From the NCBI RefSeq assembly GCF_963921235.1, contig NC_086119.1, forward strand, positions 30,690,001 through 30,754,000: a DNA stretch of 64,000 nucleotides, written 5' to 3'. The notes under the pieces are model-generated. The model was given only the letters and a program-made list of their open reading frames with translations. It made no database searches and was not told the origin of the DNA. Below are positions 27,724 to 39,600 of the stretch, piece by piece. How positions within the stretch are numbered: position 1 is the first letter of the stretch; the number at the start of each line of letters is the position of its first letter. A program made the translations under genes and the position numbers. The stretch is from Mobula hypostoma. Its lineage: Eukaryota.

Positions 27724-28297
27724 GTACCTCTTCCTAGAGATGCTGCCTGGCAGCACCTTTGATGTGTGTTGCTTGAATTTCCAGCATCTGCAGAATTCCT
27801 CATGTTTACAAATATTCCAAATTAGGCCTCACGAATGTCGTATATAACTTAAACATAACAGCTTATCTCCTGTACTCAGAAGATTGATTTATGAAGGCCG
27901 ATGTGCCAAAAGGTTTCTTTACGACCCTATTTACCTCTGATGCCACTTTCAACGAATTATGGATTCCCAGATCTCTCCGTTCTACTGCACTTCTCAGTAC
28001 CCTATTGCTCACCGTAGAAGACCTGCCCTAGTCGGTCCTCCCAAAGTGCAACACCTCACACTTGCCTGCATTAAGTTCCATCTGCCATTTTCAGTCCGTT
28101 CCAGCTGGTCCAGATCCTGCTGCAAGCTTTGATAGTCATCTTTGCTGTGCACTACATCCTCAAACTTCATGTTTTATGATGTAAGAACATCCTCTAGTGC
28201 TGCATTTCAAATGCTTTTGGAAAATCCTGATATACTTTACCTTCCGGTCCCTCTTTTCTGTCCAGCTAGTTATACATGGCAGTTATACATTTTTACA

Positions 28298-28672
28298 TCA
28301 TAAGACCATAAGACCATAAGACAAAGGAGCAGAAGTCGGCCATTCAGCCCATTGAGTCTGCTCCGCCATTTTATTATGAGCTGATCCATGCTCCCATTTA
28401 GTCCCACTCCCCCGTCTTCTCACCATAACCTTTGATGCCCTGGCTACTCAGATACCTATCAATCTCTGCCTTAAATACACCCAATGACTTGGCCTCCACT
28501 GCCGCCCGTGGCAACAAATTCCATAGATTTACCACCCTCTGGCTAAAAAAGTTTCTTCGCATCTCTGTTCTGAATGGGCGCCCTTCAATCCTTAAGTCAT
28601 GCCCTCACGTACTAGACTCCCCCATCATGGGAAACAACTTTGCCACATCCACTCTGTCCATGCCTTTCAACA
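28298..28672 (-). mobile_element. CR1 LINE 3' end with octamer tandem tail
   Basis: (CATAAGAC)x3 tail followed by CR1-type 3' UTR and ORF end. Confidence 0.75.
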
Positions 28673-28974
28673 TTAAACCATTTTGACTGTCTAATGTTTT
28701 CCCAAATGTCCTAAGAACATGTTTTTAATGTTTATTTGACTGTACAGAAATACTGATCTGACATGCTGATCCATTAAATCCAGTGTTTTGTGCAAATTTG
28801 TGATTGAAAACCACAAGGGTCCTCAAGGAAGAGGATTTAAAAGAATGCCTCTTGGATTTCCATTTTGCAATCTATAAGCCTCAGTAATTTTGCATTTTTA
28901 AATATGCCATCAATCTGTGTGTATTTTTATTGCTTCTTTTTGCTAATAAAAACTATCTTCGATGCTACTTCTGA

Positions 28975-30265
28975 ACTTCCGCATTGGAGGTTGGTCAAGA
29001 AGGTTCAGTCATTTGACATTCAGGATGAGGTAGCAAATTGGATTAGATATTGGCTCTGTGGGAGAAGTCAAAGTGGTAGTAGATGGTTGTCTCGATGACT
29101 GGAGGCCTGGGATTAGTGGAGTGTCCCAGGGATCGATGTTGGGTCCATTGTTGTTTGTCATCTGTCGCTACGATCTGGATGATAATGCAGTTAACTGGAT
29201 CAGCAGATTTGCAGATGGCATCAAGATTGGAGGTGTCATGGACAACAAGCAAGGCTATCGTGGCTTGCGACAGGATCTGGATCAGCTGGAAAAATGAGCT
29301 GGAAAATGGCGGGTGGAATGTAATGCGATAAGTGCAAGGTTTTGCACTTCAGTAGGACCAACCAGGGTAGGTCTTACACAGTGAACGGCAGGACATGAGG
29401 AGTGCTGTAGAGCAAAGGGATCTGGGAATACAGCTCCATAATTTACTGTAAGTAGCTTTACAGGTAGAAAGGATCGTAAAGAAAGCTTTTGGCACATTGG
29501 CCTTCATAAATCAAAGGACCGAGCACAAGAGATGGGATGTTATACTGAAGTCATACAAGACATTGGTGAGGCCTGATTTGGAGTATTTGTCTTGTTTTGG
29601 TCACCTACCTCCAGGAAAGATGTAAATAATGTTGAAAGAGTCATCATCATCAGGTGCCATGCCCAGTTTGAGCTTTGACTGCCATGGCCCACATACTCCT
29701 GTTTCGGGTCAAGTGGATCAATTCATTGGTATTCATTTCCAGTTCTCTGGCTGCTGTCTCCATCAATTGTCTTTGTCTTGTTGAAAGAGTGCAGAGAAAA
29801 TTTACAAGGATGTCGCTGGGACTGAAGGAGCTGAGTTATGAGGAGACATTGATTAGTATAGGACTTTATTCCTTGCAACATAGAACATTGAGGGAGATTT
29901 GATAGTGGTATACAAAATTATGAGGGGTATAGATGGGGTAAATGCAAGCAGGCTTTTTCCACTTAAGTTGGATGGGACTACAGCTAGAAGTCATGGGTTA
30001 AGGGTGAAAGGTGAAAAGTTTAAGGGGAACATGGGGGTAACTTCTTCACTCAGAGGGTCATGAGTGCTTGGAATGAGCTGTTAATGCAAGTGATGCATAT
30101 GAGCTTGATTTTAACATTTAAGAGATGTTTGGATAGATACATGGATAGAGTATGGAGGGCTATGGTCCCAGTGCAGGTTAATGGGATTAGGTAGTTTAAA
30201 TGGTTTGGCATGGACAATATGGGCCAAAGGGCATGTTTCTGATCTGTACTTTTCTATGACTCCGT
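28975..30265 (+). mobile_element. CR1 LINE fragment (RT domain to 3' end)
   Basis: SGVSQGSMLGPLLFVI..DLD, FADG.KIGG and ERVQRKFTRM. Confidence 0.85.
29642..29778 (-). mobile_element. RTE-clade LINE 3' fragment (137 bp) with 12-bp TSD
   Basis: TGTTGAAAGAGT at 29630-29641 and 29779-29790; - strand reads ...NELIHLTRNRSMWAMAVKAQTGHGT* followed by a (TGA)n tail. Confidence 0.75.
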
Positions 30266-31269
30266 GAATCAATTACATTTTGCAAAGCTAACTGATGGAG
30301 AATTGGAAAAAAATATTTTAAATTGCCTGCATTTCTCTGGATCTCGGCAATCTACTACAATATTGTCACATGATTTATTGTGATTTAACTTTATGCCGTT
30401 TTCATTTTCCAGTGCCGTATTTTTGGTTCGTCTGAAATATGATGGGCTAGAACTTGGTGCTTCTGGTGAACGATTTGTGCTCACTGGTTTCCCCCTATTT
30501 CATAAGCACTTAAAAATTTGCATATCTTCTGGTGATTGTTGTCTCAATTCGAAATGTCAAAGCCTTGCAGGCCATGAAACAACACAATGCTTTCATCTGG
30601 GTAAGTCAAGACAAATGCTCATCCAGAAAACAGCTGAATAAATTTTGAAAATCAGATGAGGCACACCCCAGATTTAGCCAATTGCAACGAACTCTGTAAA
30701 CTTCCAAATGTGTCTCACATTCATCAACACTTATAACCTAATAAAGTAATTATGTCATATAGAAAACTTTAAACTAAAAATAGGTAACTAATTAAAAATA
30801 TGTAAAATAACTTACATTTACTTGTATCCATCACTACAGTATATTTTCGTCGAAGCAAGCAGACCTACTGATCCTGCACCAGGTTTAAGGTATTATACTC
30901 CGCATGATGTTTGTATTGCCTATGCATTATAGCGTCCAAAGGCATTTACCACTCACTGAATATTGTTCAGTGTTTTTAAGAGTGGAAGCTTCCGGAACCA
31001 ACTTGATACAGGTTCAGCAGTCAGTTTCCATTTTAGGCACCGAGTAGCTGCGGTAATTTCAGTTTTCACTGCGGATTGCATAAGAAAAACTACTTTATAG
31101 AGTACAATCAGTAAAAATTCCAGCAGTGACACAAGACAGATTGCAACTATTGGGTTTACACATGAATACCAAACCTGGTGGCACGTAAAATCCAATAGTT
31201 ACTGTACATAGCCAAATCAAAAGCCGTGAATAGACCAGAACGTTTGCAGTCTGCTGCAGGCTAGAGCTC

Positions 31270-33040
31270 TGGCATTTGAGTCTGGTGACCCAGGTACGTA
31301 CAAGACAACCAGGTATGACTTGGAGGGCTCTTTCAAGAGCTAAGGAACAATTCTGAGTGAGGTTGGAAGTGACATCGGATGCAGGTCTACTTTGACAGGG
31401 TTTGCAGGCCATGACTTCCTACAAAGTGAAACCCAACGTTGTGAGTGGCAGCAATGCTTCACTCCCAGATGAGCTCACTGCTTTGAAAGGGAGAATAAAA
31501 CTACAGCTATGAGGATCCCTGCAGCATCCGAGGACCCTGTAATCTCTGTCTCGGAGGCCAAAGTCAGGCTGTCTTTCAAATGGGTAAACCCTTGTAAGGT
31601 GACAGGCCCTGATTGAGTACCTGGTAAGGCTCTGAAAACCTGTGGCAGCCAACTGGCGAGGGTGTTCAACGACATTTTCAGTCTCTCATTGCTATGGTCA
31701 GAAGTTCCCACCTGCTTCAAAAGGGCTACAATTATACCAGTGCCCAAGAAAAGCAGGGTGAGCTGCCTTAGCGACTGTTGTCCAGTAGTGCACACGTCTA
31801 CGGTGATGAAGTGCTTTGAGAGGTTGTTTGTGACTAGAATCAACTCCTGCCTCAGCAAGCACCTGGACCCACTGCACTTTGCCTATCACCACAATAGGTC
31901 TACGGCAATAGGTCTCCATGCAGCCTTGGATCACCTGGACAACACAAATATCATTGTCAGGACTACAGCTGATGATGTTCATCGACTTCAGCTCCGTGTT
32001 TGACTCTGTCATTCCTACAATTCTGATCAAAAAGCTCCAGAACCTGGGCCCCTGTAACTGGACACTCGATTTCCTCACAGGAAGACAACAGTCAGTGCAG
32101 ATAAGAAATAACAGCTCCACCTCCCTGACAATTGACACAGGCAAACCTCAGGGGTACGTGCTTAGCCCAATGCTCTACTCTCTCTACAACTGTGACTGTG
32201 GCAAGGCACAGTTCAAACGCTATCTATAAATTTGCTGATGATACAATCATTGTTAGCAGAATATCAGATGGTGATGAGAGGGCGTACAGGAGCGAGATAT
32301 ATCAGCTGCTTGAGTGGTGTCACAGGAACAACTTTGCCCTCAACATCAGCAAGACCAAAGAACTGATTGCAAACTTCAGGAAGGATAAGACAAGGGTACA
32401 GACATATGTGCTCATAGAAATAAAGAGGGTGAGCAATTTCAAGTGCCCAGGTGTCAATATCTCTAACCTGGACTCAACATATCAATATAGCTATAAAGAA
32501 GGCAAGACAGCAGCTACATTTCATTAGGAGTTTGAGGAAATTTGTTATGTCACCAAAACCATTTGCAAATTTCTACAGATGTACTGTGGAGACCATTCTT
32601 ACTGACTGATTTACTGTCTGGTATGGGGGTGGGGGTGTGACTGCACAGGATAGTTGTAAAATTAGCCAGCTCCAACATGGGCACTAACCTCCATAGTAGC
32701 TGGGTCATTTTCAGGAAGGTGGCGCCCATTATTAAGGACCTCTACCACCCAGGACATGCCCTCTTCTCATTGCTACCATCAGGAAGGAGGTACAGAAGCT
32801 TGAAGGCACACACTCAACAGTTCAGGAACAGCTTCTTCCCCTCTGCCATCTCATTTCTGAATGGACATTGAACCCATGAACACTACCTCACTACTCATTT
32901 TATTTCCCATTTTTTCATTTTATATAAAACTTTAATTCAGTTTCCTTTATTCTCTATTATCATGTCTAGCATTGGAATGCTGCTGCAAAGTTAAAAAAAT
33001 TTCACGACATATGCCAGTGATATTAAACATGATTCTGATA
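31270..33040 (+). mobile_element. Rex1/Babar-like LINE fragment
   Basis: [39 protein letters not shown] and HPGHALFSLLPSGRRYRSLKAHT; tail ATTCTGAT. Confidence 0.85.
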
Positions 33041-36000
33041 GTTTCAAAGGGATACACTATAAGTGAATGTTACAAGATGTTCAGTTTCACAAGAATTTTT
33101 TACAGTTCTAAACATTGGGGCCTAGTTTCTATTGATGCCTAATAAACAAACTTGATGCAAGTCATAACTCAAGGTAAATAAAGTGTAGCTGAATCTCGTT
33201 CAGTGCTTCTCCATGTAACAGTCATTCTGAATTAATGGGAAGGAAGATGAAAGCAAAGGATCTTTGAATCAGTTTTTAACATCAATGTTTTAGAACATTT
33301 GAAAACGATTACTTACCTAATTATGAAAGATGCACTAATTTTCTGAAACCACAACATAGCTGGTTTATATTGATATTGTGATAATCTTGTATTTTTTTGT
33401 TATTTCTCTTTTCTATGGGCTTGTCTATATTACATCATGATGATATCCATTCTTTGGGAGGAGGTTTTGAATAGACATTAAAATAAATGTTACTTAGGTA
33501 ACGATGATAGATTTCTTCATACCCTACCCCAGAATTTTTCATACACCTCTCTCAAATTGACTCCAAGTTGTCCTCTACCAGTTGACCTTTGATAGGAAAT
33601 GCATGTGATTTATGGAAGTTCGGATTCTGTAAAGCAAAATGTAACCCTATTATGGGTACATGAACCAATTTTTATTCCACAGCTGCCATCCCATCCCTCC
33701 ACCCCCACTGGAGAATAAGCAAACTCCACAGAAAGCTAGTTAAATTTGAGATCTTTGTGCTCCTCTGCCAGTTCACCGAAATAAACTGTGAGCCTCTAAG
33801 AAATAAATTACTGAAAATACTATCAAGTGTATATGGTTTTGTGGTGCTTTATTTCAACTGGAAATTGTACGTGCTTTGTGGAGGATTTTGAGAGCTGTTT
33901 CGATATTATTTATTGCATTTTCTTTGGAGAAAAATATTCATGAATAGCAGAAGCTTAAATTGTAGTTCTCAGCTGAGGATTATGCTTGTAGAGCCAAAGA
34001 AATGTTGCCTTGGTTACCGATGTCATGGTTGCATGACAATGTAGTCCACTTATAATTTATGCAAAAGACAGTCTAGCTGATTGCACCCCCACCGTAATAA
34101 AATAACATAGTCTAAAAGTTCATAATAATTTTTTGTATAAATAGAGAAATCTTACAAAGATAATGAATTTATTTCATAAATGTTAAGACATCTGTAATCA
34201 ACAGGAGTCACAGAGGATGGTTAATTTTGTCACCAACAGACAATTCTACTTACTATATCTCTACTGCTAAAAAAAATCCCCTTCAATCGTTATTAATTTT
34301 CATCTATCCCTCCTGAAATCATTGATTCATTCCTTGCAATATTTTTCCATGGAAATCAGTGACCCTCCACCACTTACCTTGGTAACCATTCTTCTTGCAT
34401 AAATCTGTCATCAGTGGTTTGATTTTGTTGTTATACCTGAGGCAGATTCTATCTTCACCACATGGCCTTCCAGCTGAGTTGTTGGGTGATAATTAAGGTC
34501 AGATAGGAACACTAGAATCATGGATTTGTTACCCCACAAAGTAGGCCACTTTGGTCCATTGAGTCCTTTCAGAGCAATCTAGTCAATCCCCTGCTTTTCT
34601 CCAGTATCCTTGCAACATATTTTCCCTCAAGCAACTGTCCAATTCAATCTAAAGACTGACTGACAGACAATGTGTTTCAAATCATAACCATTCTTTCTAT
34701 AAAAATAAGCCCCTAATATTGGCAGAATCTGTTGCCAATCACTTTCAACCTATGTATGAATAATCTGCTAATATAAATTATTTCTCAATTTTTCATATCC
34801 AAACCCATCTTCCAAATTTAAAAAAAATCACAGAAAGACTGCAGCACAGGAAGAAGTCATTATCTCTGTTGCGAGTATCTACCAGAGCAACACTCCTTGA
34901 CCCTTTCTCCATAACCTTGCACATTTTTATTCACTGTATATTTATCCAGTTCCTCTTATACATTTAATGGCACCTGCCTCCACCACATTGGCATTTCAGA
35001 TTCCAGCCACATACAGTGTAAAATGCTCTCCTTCATGACATATAATTCTTTTCACGTTAATTTTATACCTGTGACTTTTGATCCCAAATCCTCCCCAAAA
35101 AAGGAGAGCGTCCCACCATCTACACTGTCCACACCTCTCATTTTATGTCATACCTTCTTTTATTCTCTATACAAAGCAGTTCTAGCCTTTCTGTGAAATG
35201 TAAGAAATCAATGTCAAATGACTCCTACCTTCTAAATGTGAGATGAGGAGTATGCTGGTGCTCCCTAAATATATAATCGGGGCACTTAGAAAGATACGAC
35301 ATTATGCCTTCTGGATAGAACCATGCTGTGGAAGTGAGCATCTTCAGGAGAGAGAGAGAGCGCAGAGAATATTGTGGAAAATAAAATTAAAACTAAGAAA
35401 AATTTGGTTTATTCTTCAAATAAAACTTGAAAAGCAAATCAAGCAATGTTATACATTATTTAAATGTATATTAAGCCCCCAAAGGCAGCTACAAGGCAAG
35501 GAAATCACCCATGTAGTTATCCCAACATATAATTGGTATTAATATCTGAAATGAGATATGCTATTGTTATGAAAAGACCCATCAGTGGAAGTACATATCG
35601 TAGAGTATGGCCATCATGTACTTATTCTAGCATTTAAAAACCTGTCAGCACTATCTAAAAGGAGTTGCCAATGTGGTTTCAGTTGCATATCTTTATTGGT
35701 AGTTTGTGGTGTCTTAGAGAAGTTCTTCAACACAGAGCCAAACATCTGCTGCAAGATGGTGGACTATGTTCAGGTCAAAACACTGCATTGCTTTATTGAC
35801 CTCCATTCTTCTGTAAATAGGCAGAGAAAACTCATTGTGCTGTTGTCAATAAAGCTGGAGCAAAGGCAATAAATTAGTGCAAATGCCACAATGAAAAGTG
35901 CTATGTAAATCTTTTAATAAACTTAGAAAAAATATCAGATTTCTCCCACTCTTACTCATAGTTCTGTAAATGTTCCCCTTCATGGAGTAAACACCTCGGT

Positions 36001-37695
36001 CACAAACTATATACTAAAAATGGAATTTGAAGAAAGTACTGCTCTAATTCTCAAAAATGCTGCAAACAACTTTATCTTTGACTTGCTTTACCCACAAAAA
36101 AAAATGAGGGATGAATTATTTAGCCTAATCCTCAGGTGTTCTTAAATCATGATGTTAAGTATTTTGGTGATAATTATATCTCTGGCTTCCATTCTAAAAT
36201 CATGGGTTCAGGCTGAGAATTCAGCATGTAACAATGTGCATCATCTCATTTCTGTATTAGTAGAGATGTTATTATGTTAATAAACCTTCACCTTTCCAGG
36301 ATATGAAAACTCCCATGGCACCATTTGAAGAGCAAGTTTTCCAGTGTCCTTACTAACATTAATCTTTCAGCCAACATCACTAAAAACACTAAGAGAACGT
36401 TTATCTGCCTGAAACTTTAACATGGTTTATTTCTCCACAGATGCTATCCCACCTACTGAACATGTCCATTTATTTGTTTTTATTTATCATTAAAAAGTTA
36501 TCTGGCCTTTACCTAGATGCTTGCACATTTTGACTACTGTGTTTTTGGATGTGTTAATGCTAATTAAATGTTTGATTGTAAAGGGCTTCATTTTGAGCAA
36601 ATAATAAATGCTACCAAAATACAAGTGTTCTTCAAAAAAATTCTGATTAAAGAATTTCTTTTTTAAAGAAAGGGGCTTCCCTTCCTCCACCATCAACTCT
36701 GCCCTCAAATGCATCTCTCCCATTTCACACACATCTGCTCTCACCCCATCCTCCCACCACCCCACCAGGAATAGCGTTCCCCTTGTCCTCACCTACCACC
36801 CCACCAGCCTCTGGGTCCAACATATAATTCTCCGTAACTTCCACCATCTCCAATGGGATCCCACCACCAAGCACATCTTCCCCTCCCCCTACTTTCTGCT
36901 TTCCGCAGGGATTGCTCCCTACGCGACTCCCCTGTCCATTCGTTTCCCCCCCCATCCCTTCCCACCGATTTCCCTCCTGGCACTTATCCTGGTAAGCGGA
37001 ACAAGTGCCACACAACACATGCCCTTACACTTCTTCCCTCACCACCATTCAGGGCCCCAGACAGTCCTTCCAGGTGAGGCGACATTTCACCTGTGAGTCG
37101 GCTAGGGTGATATACTGCATCCAGTGCTCCCGGTGTGGTCTTCTATATTTTGGTGAGACCCGACGCAGTTTGGGAGACCGCTTCGCTGAACACCTATGCT
37201 CTGTCCGCCAGAGGAAGCAGGATCTCCCAGTGGCCACACATTTTAATTCCATGTCCCATTCCAATATGTCAATCCATGGCCTCCTCTACTGTCGAGATGA
37301 AGCCACACTCAGGTTGGAGGAACAACACCTTATATTCTGTCCTCCAACCTGCTGGCATGAACATTGATTTCTCTAACTTCCGTTAATGCCCCTCCTCCCC
37401 TTCTTACCCCATCCCTGATTTATTACTTATTTATGAAAGTTTTTTTTTCTCTCTTCCCCTCTCACAATAACTCCTTGCCTGTTCTCCATCTTCCTCTGGT
37501 GCTCCCCTCCCCCTTTCTTTCTTCCAGGCCTTCCTTCCCATGATACAGTACTCCCCCTTCTCCAGCCTTGTATCCCTTTTGCTAATCAACTTTCCAGCTC
37601 TTGGGTTCATCCCTCCCCCTCCTGTCTTCTCCTATCATTTCAGGTCTCCCCCTCCCCCTCCCCTTTCAAATCTTTTTCTATCTCTTTTTTCTGTT

Positions 37696-37731
37696 AGTCC
37701 TGACGAAGGGTCTCGACCCGAAACGTCGACT
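37696..37731 (+). ncRNA. Intact minimal type-I hammerhead ribozyme; predicted cleavage after C37727
   Basis: AGTC-CTGACGA-A-GGGT(CTCG)ACCC-GAAAC-GTC-GACT: stem I AGTC/GACT, CUGANGA core, stem II, GAAA, palindromic ACGU helix III, GUC triplet. Confidence 0.82.
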
Positions 37732-37839
37732 GTACTTCTTCCTGTAGATAACACAAAATACTCTGCAGATGGTGGGGTCAAAGCAACACTCACAACACAC
37801 TGGAGGAACTCAGGTCGGGCAGCATCCGTGGAAACCATC

Positions 37840-37875
37840 AGTCAACATTTCGGGCCGGAACCCTTCTTCAAGACT
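37840..37875 (-). ncRNA. Degenerate minimal hammerhead ribozyme (C3>U)
   Basis: - strand AGTC TTGAAGA AGGGTTCCGGCCC GAAAT GTT GACT. Confidence 0.55.
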
Positions 37876-38121
37876 GAAGAGGGAGGTGGAATCTGCCCCC
37901 TCTCCCAGCTGCCTATCACCTCCCTCATGTTTCTGCCTCCTTCTACTACCCATTGTGTTTTCCCCTATTCCTTCTTCACCTTTCCTGCCTATCACCTCCC
38001 CGCTTCCCCTCCCCCACCCCTTTATCTTTCCTCTTACTGGTTTTTCATCCGGAACCTACCAGCCTTCTCCTTCCTACCCTCCCCCCACCGTCTTTATAGG
38101 GCCTCTGCGCCTTCCCGCTTC

Positions 38122-38158
38122 AGTCCTGACGAAGGGTTCCAGCCCTGAAACATCGACT
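38122..38158 (+). ncRNA. Minimal hammerhead ribozyme, core intact, AUC triplet
   Basis: AGTC CTGACGA AGGGTTCCAGCCCT GAAAC ATC GACT. Confidence 0.68.
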
Positions 38159-38574
38159 CATTTCCACGGATGCTGCCCGACCTGTTGAGTTCCTCCAGCG
38201 TGTTGTGAGTCTTCCTATAGATGCTGCCTGGCCTGCTGCGTTCCACCAGCATTTAGTGTGCGCTGATTAAAATACCGTATTAATTGGTTTTGTTGAATTC
38301 TAGATTTGACCTCGACAAAATCTTTGCTCTTCCCTATACTTTTAAAGCATTAGATCGCCATCTGAAACTTTTTTTTATTAATGGTGACAGATTATAATTA
38401 ACTCTAATAAGTACTCCCACACACACAAACGCTGTTTGGTAAGTTGTCCTAAGAAAATGGACAGTGGCAGTTAAATTTCTTCTTTCTTCTTCGTGATTTG
38501 GTGGAATGCTTTTGGTGCCTCATCCTTAAAACTGCCTGAGGTCAACTAATTCAGTCTTCAATGGGGAATCATCT

Positions 38575-39247
38575 AATCAGAATCAGGTTCATTATCACCG
38601 GCATGCGACTTGAAATTTGTCAATTGCAGTTCAATGCAACGCATGATCTAGCAGAGAAAAATAAATAAATAAAAATGATTTTATACTTTAATCAATTACA
38701 TACATTGAATAGATTATAACATGCAAAAACAGAAATACTGTATACTTAAAAAAAAAGTGAGGTAGTGTCCAAAGATTCAATGTCCATTTAGGAATCGGAT
38801 GGCAGAGGGGAAGAAGCTGTCCCTGAATCACTGAGTGTGTGCCTTCAGGCTTCTGTACCTCCTACCTGATGGTAACAGTGAGAAAAGGGCATGCCCTGGG
38901 TGCTGGAGGTCCTTACTAATGGACACTGTTTTTCTGAGACACCACTCCCTGAAGATGTCCTGGGTACTTTGTAGGCTAGAACCCAAGATGGAGCTGACTA
39001 GATTTACAACCTTCTGCAGCTTCTTTCGGTCCTGTGCAATAGCCCCTTCATACCAGACAGTGATGCAGCCTGTCAGAATGCTCTCCATGGTACAACTATA
39101 GAAGTTTTTGAGTGTATTTGTTGACATGCCAAATCTCTTCAAACTCCTAATAAAGTATAGCCGCTGTCTTGCCTTCTTTATAAATACATCAATATGTCGG
39201 GACCAGGTGAGATCCTCAGTGATCTTGACACTCAGGAACTTGAAGCT
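38575..39247 (-). mobile_element. Rex1/Babar-like LINE 3' fragment
   Basis: ORF 38828-39256: FKFL.V.ITEDLTWS.H...KKARQRLYF.R.LK...ESILTGCITVWY...HPGHALFSLLPSGRRYRS. Confidence 0.85.
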
Positions 39248-39600
39248 AATTAGCAATAACTAGTGGATCCAGAAAGACAAATGAGGAAACAAGAATATTT
39301 GTTAGTACATGCCATTAAATGGCAATGCTTAAATGTAGTAGGGAACAGCTTAGGTTTATTAATGCAGAAGGATTAATTAAACGCAAAGGCCGTACACCAT
39401 AAATAAGAATGAACAAACTTTATCATTAATTTGTTAATTTAGTGACACTGAGTTGAAGAAATTAAAAAAAAATGATTTGAAATTCTGAAGATTAATATTT
39501 CCTTATTTGTTACAGGCTACATGCTGAGGTTTCATGGTTGATGCAAGAACTATTTCAATGGCCCGACAAACAAAAATTAGTTTTAATTTAAGAGATTTTC

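Larger units (their letters stand above)
27391..27807. mobile_element. Non-coding Penelope family A fold-back element with 13-bp TSD
   Basis: ACAAATATTCCAA at 27378-27390 and 27808-27820; inverted arms about 27391-27554 and 27623-27773. Confidence 0.9.
26860..28160 (-). mobile_element. CR1 LINE fragment interrupted by a fold-back element
   Basis: QRKFTRTLLGLEELSYRERLNRLGLYSL...LRGDLIKVYKMMRGIDR; sequence resumes after 27820. Confidence 0.85.
37750..38209. mobile_element. Non-coding Penelope family B fold-back element with 13-bp TSD (one mismatch)
   Basis: TCTTCCTGTAGAT at 37737-37749 and TCTTCCTATAGAT at 38210-38222; inverted ends; interior matches 57020-57327. Confidence 0.85.
36652..38262 (+). 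mobile_element. Penelope-like element (family A), 5'-truncated, 9-bp TSD CTGATTAAA, carrying a nested family B element
   Basis: VIYCIQCSRCGLLYFGETRRSLGDRFAEH...LRLEEQHL; TSD at 36643-36651 and 38263-38271. Confidence 0.92.

Noticed and set aside
30840-31260. Mildly CpG-enriched unique segment as an exon or conserved element
   Set aside because: No recognisable peptide or clear exon boundaries; cannot be supported without alignments.
37540-38188. 202-aa and 139-aa ORFs as coding genes
   Set aside because: Pyrimidine-rich Penelope terminal sequence read across a nested insertion.
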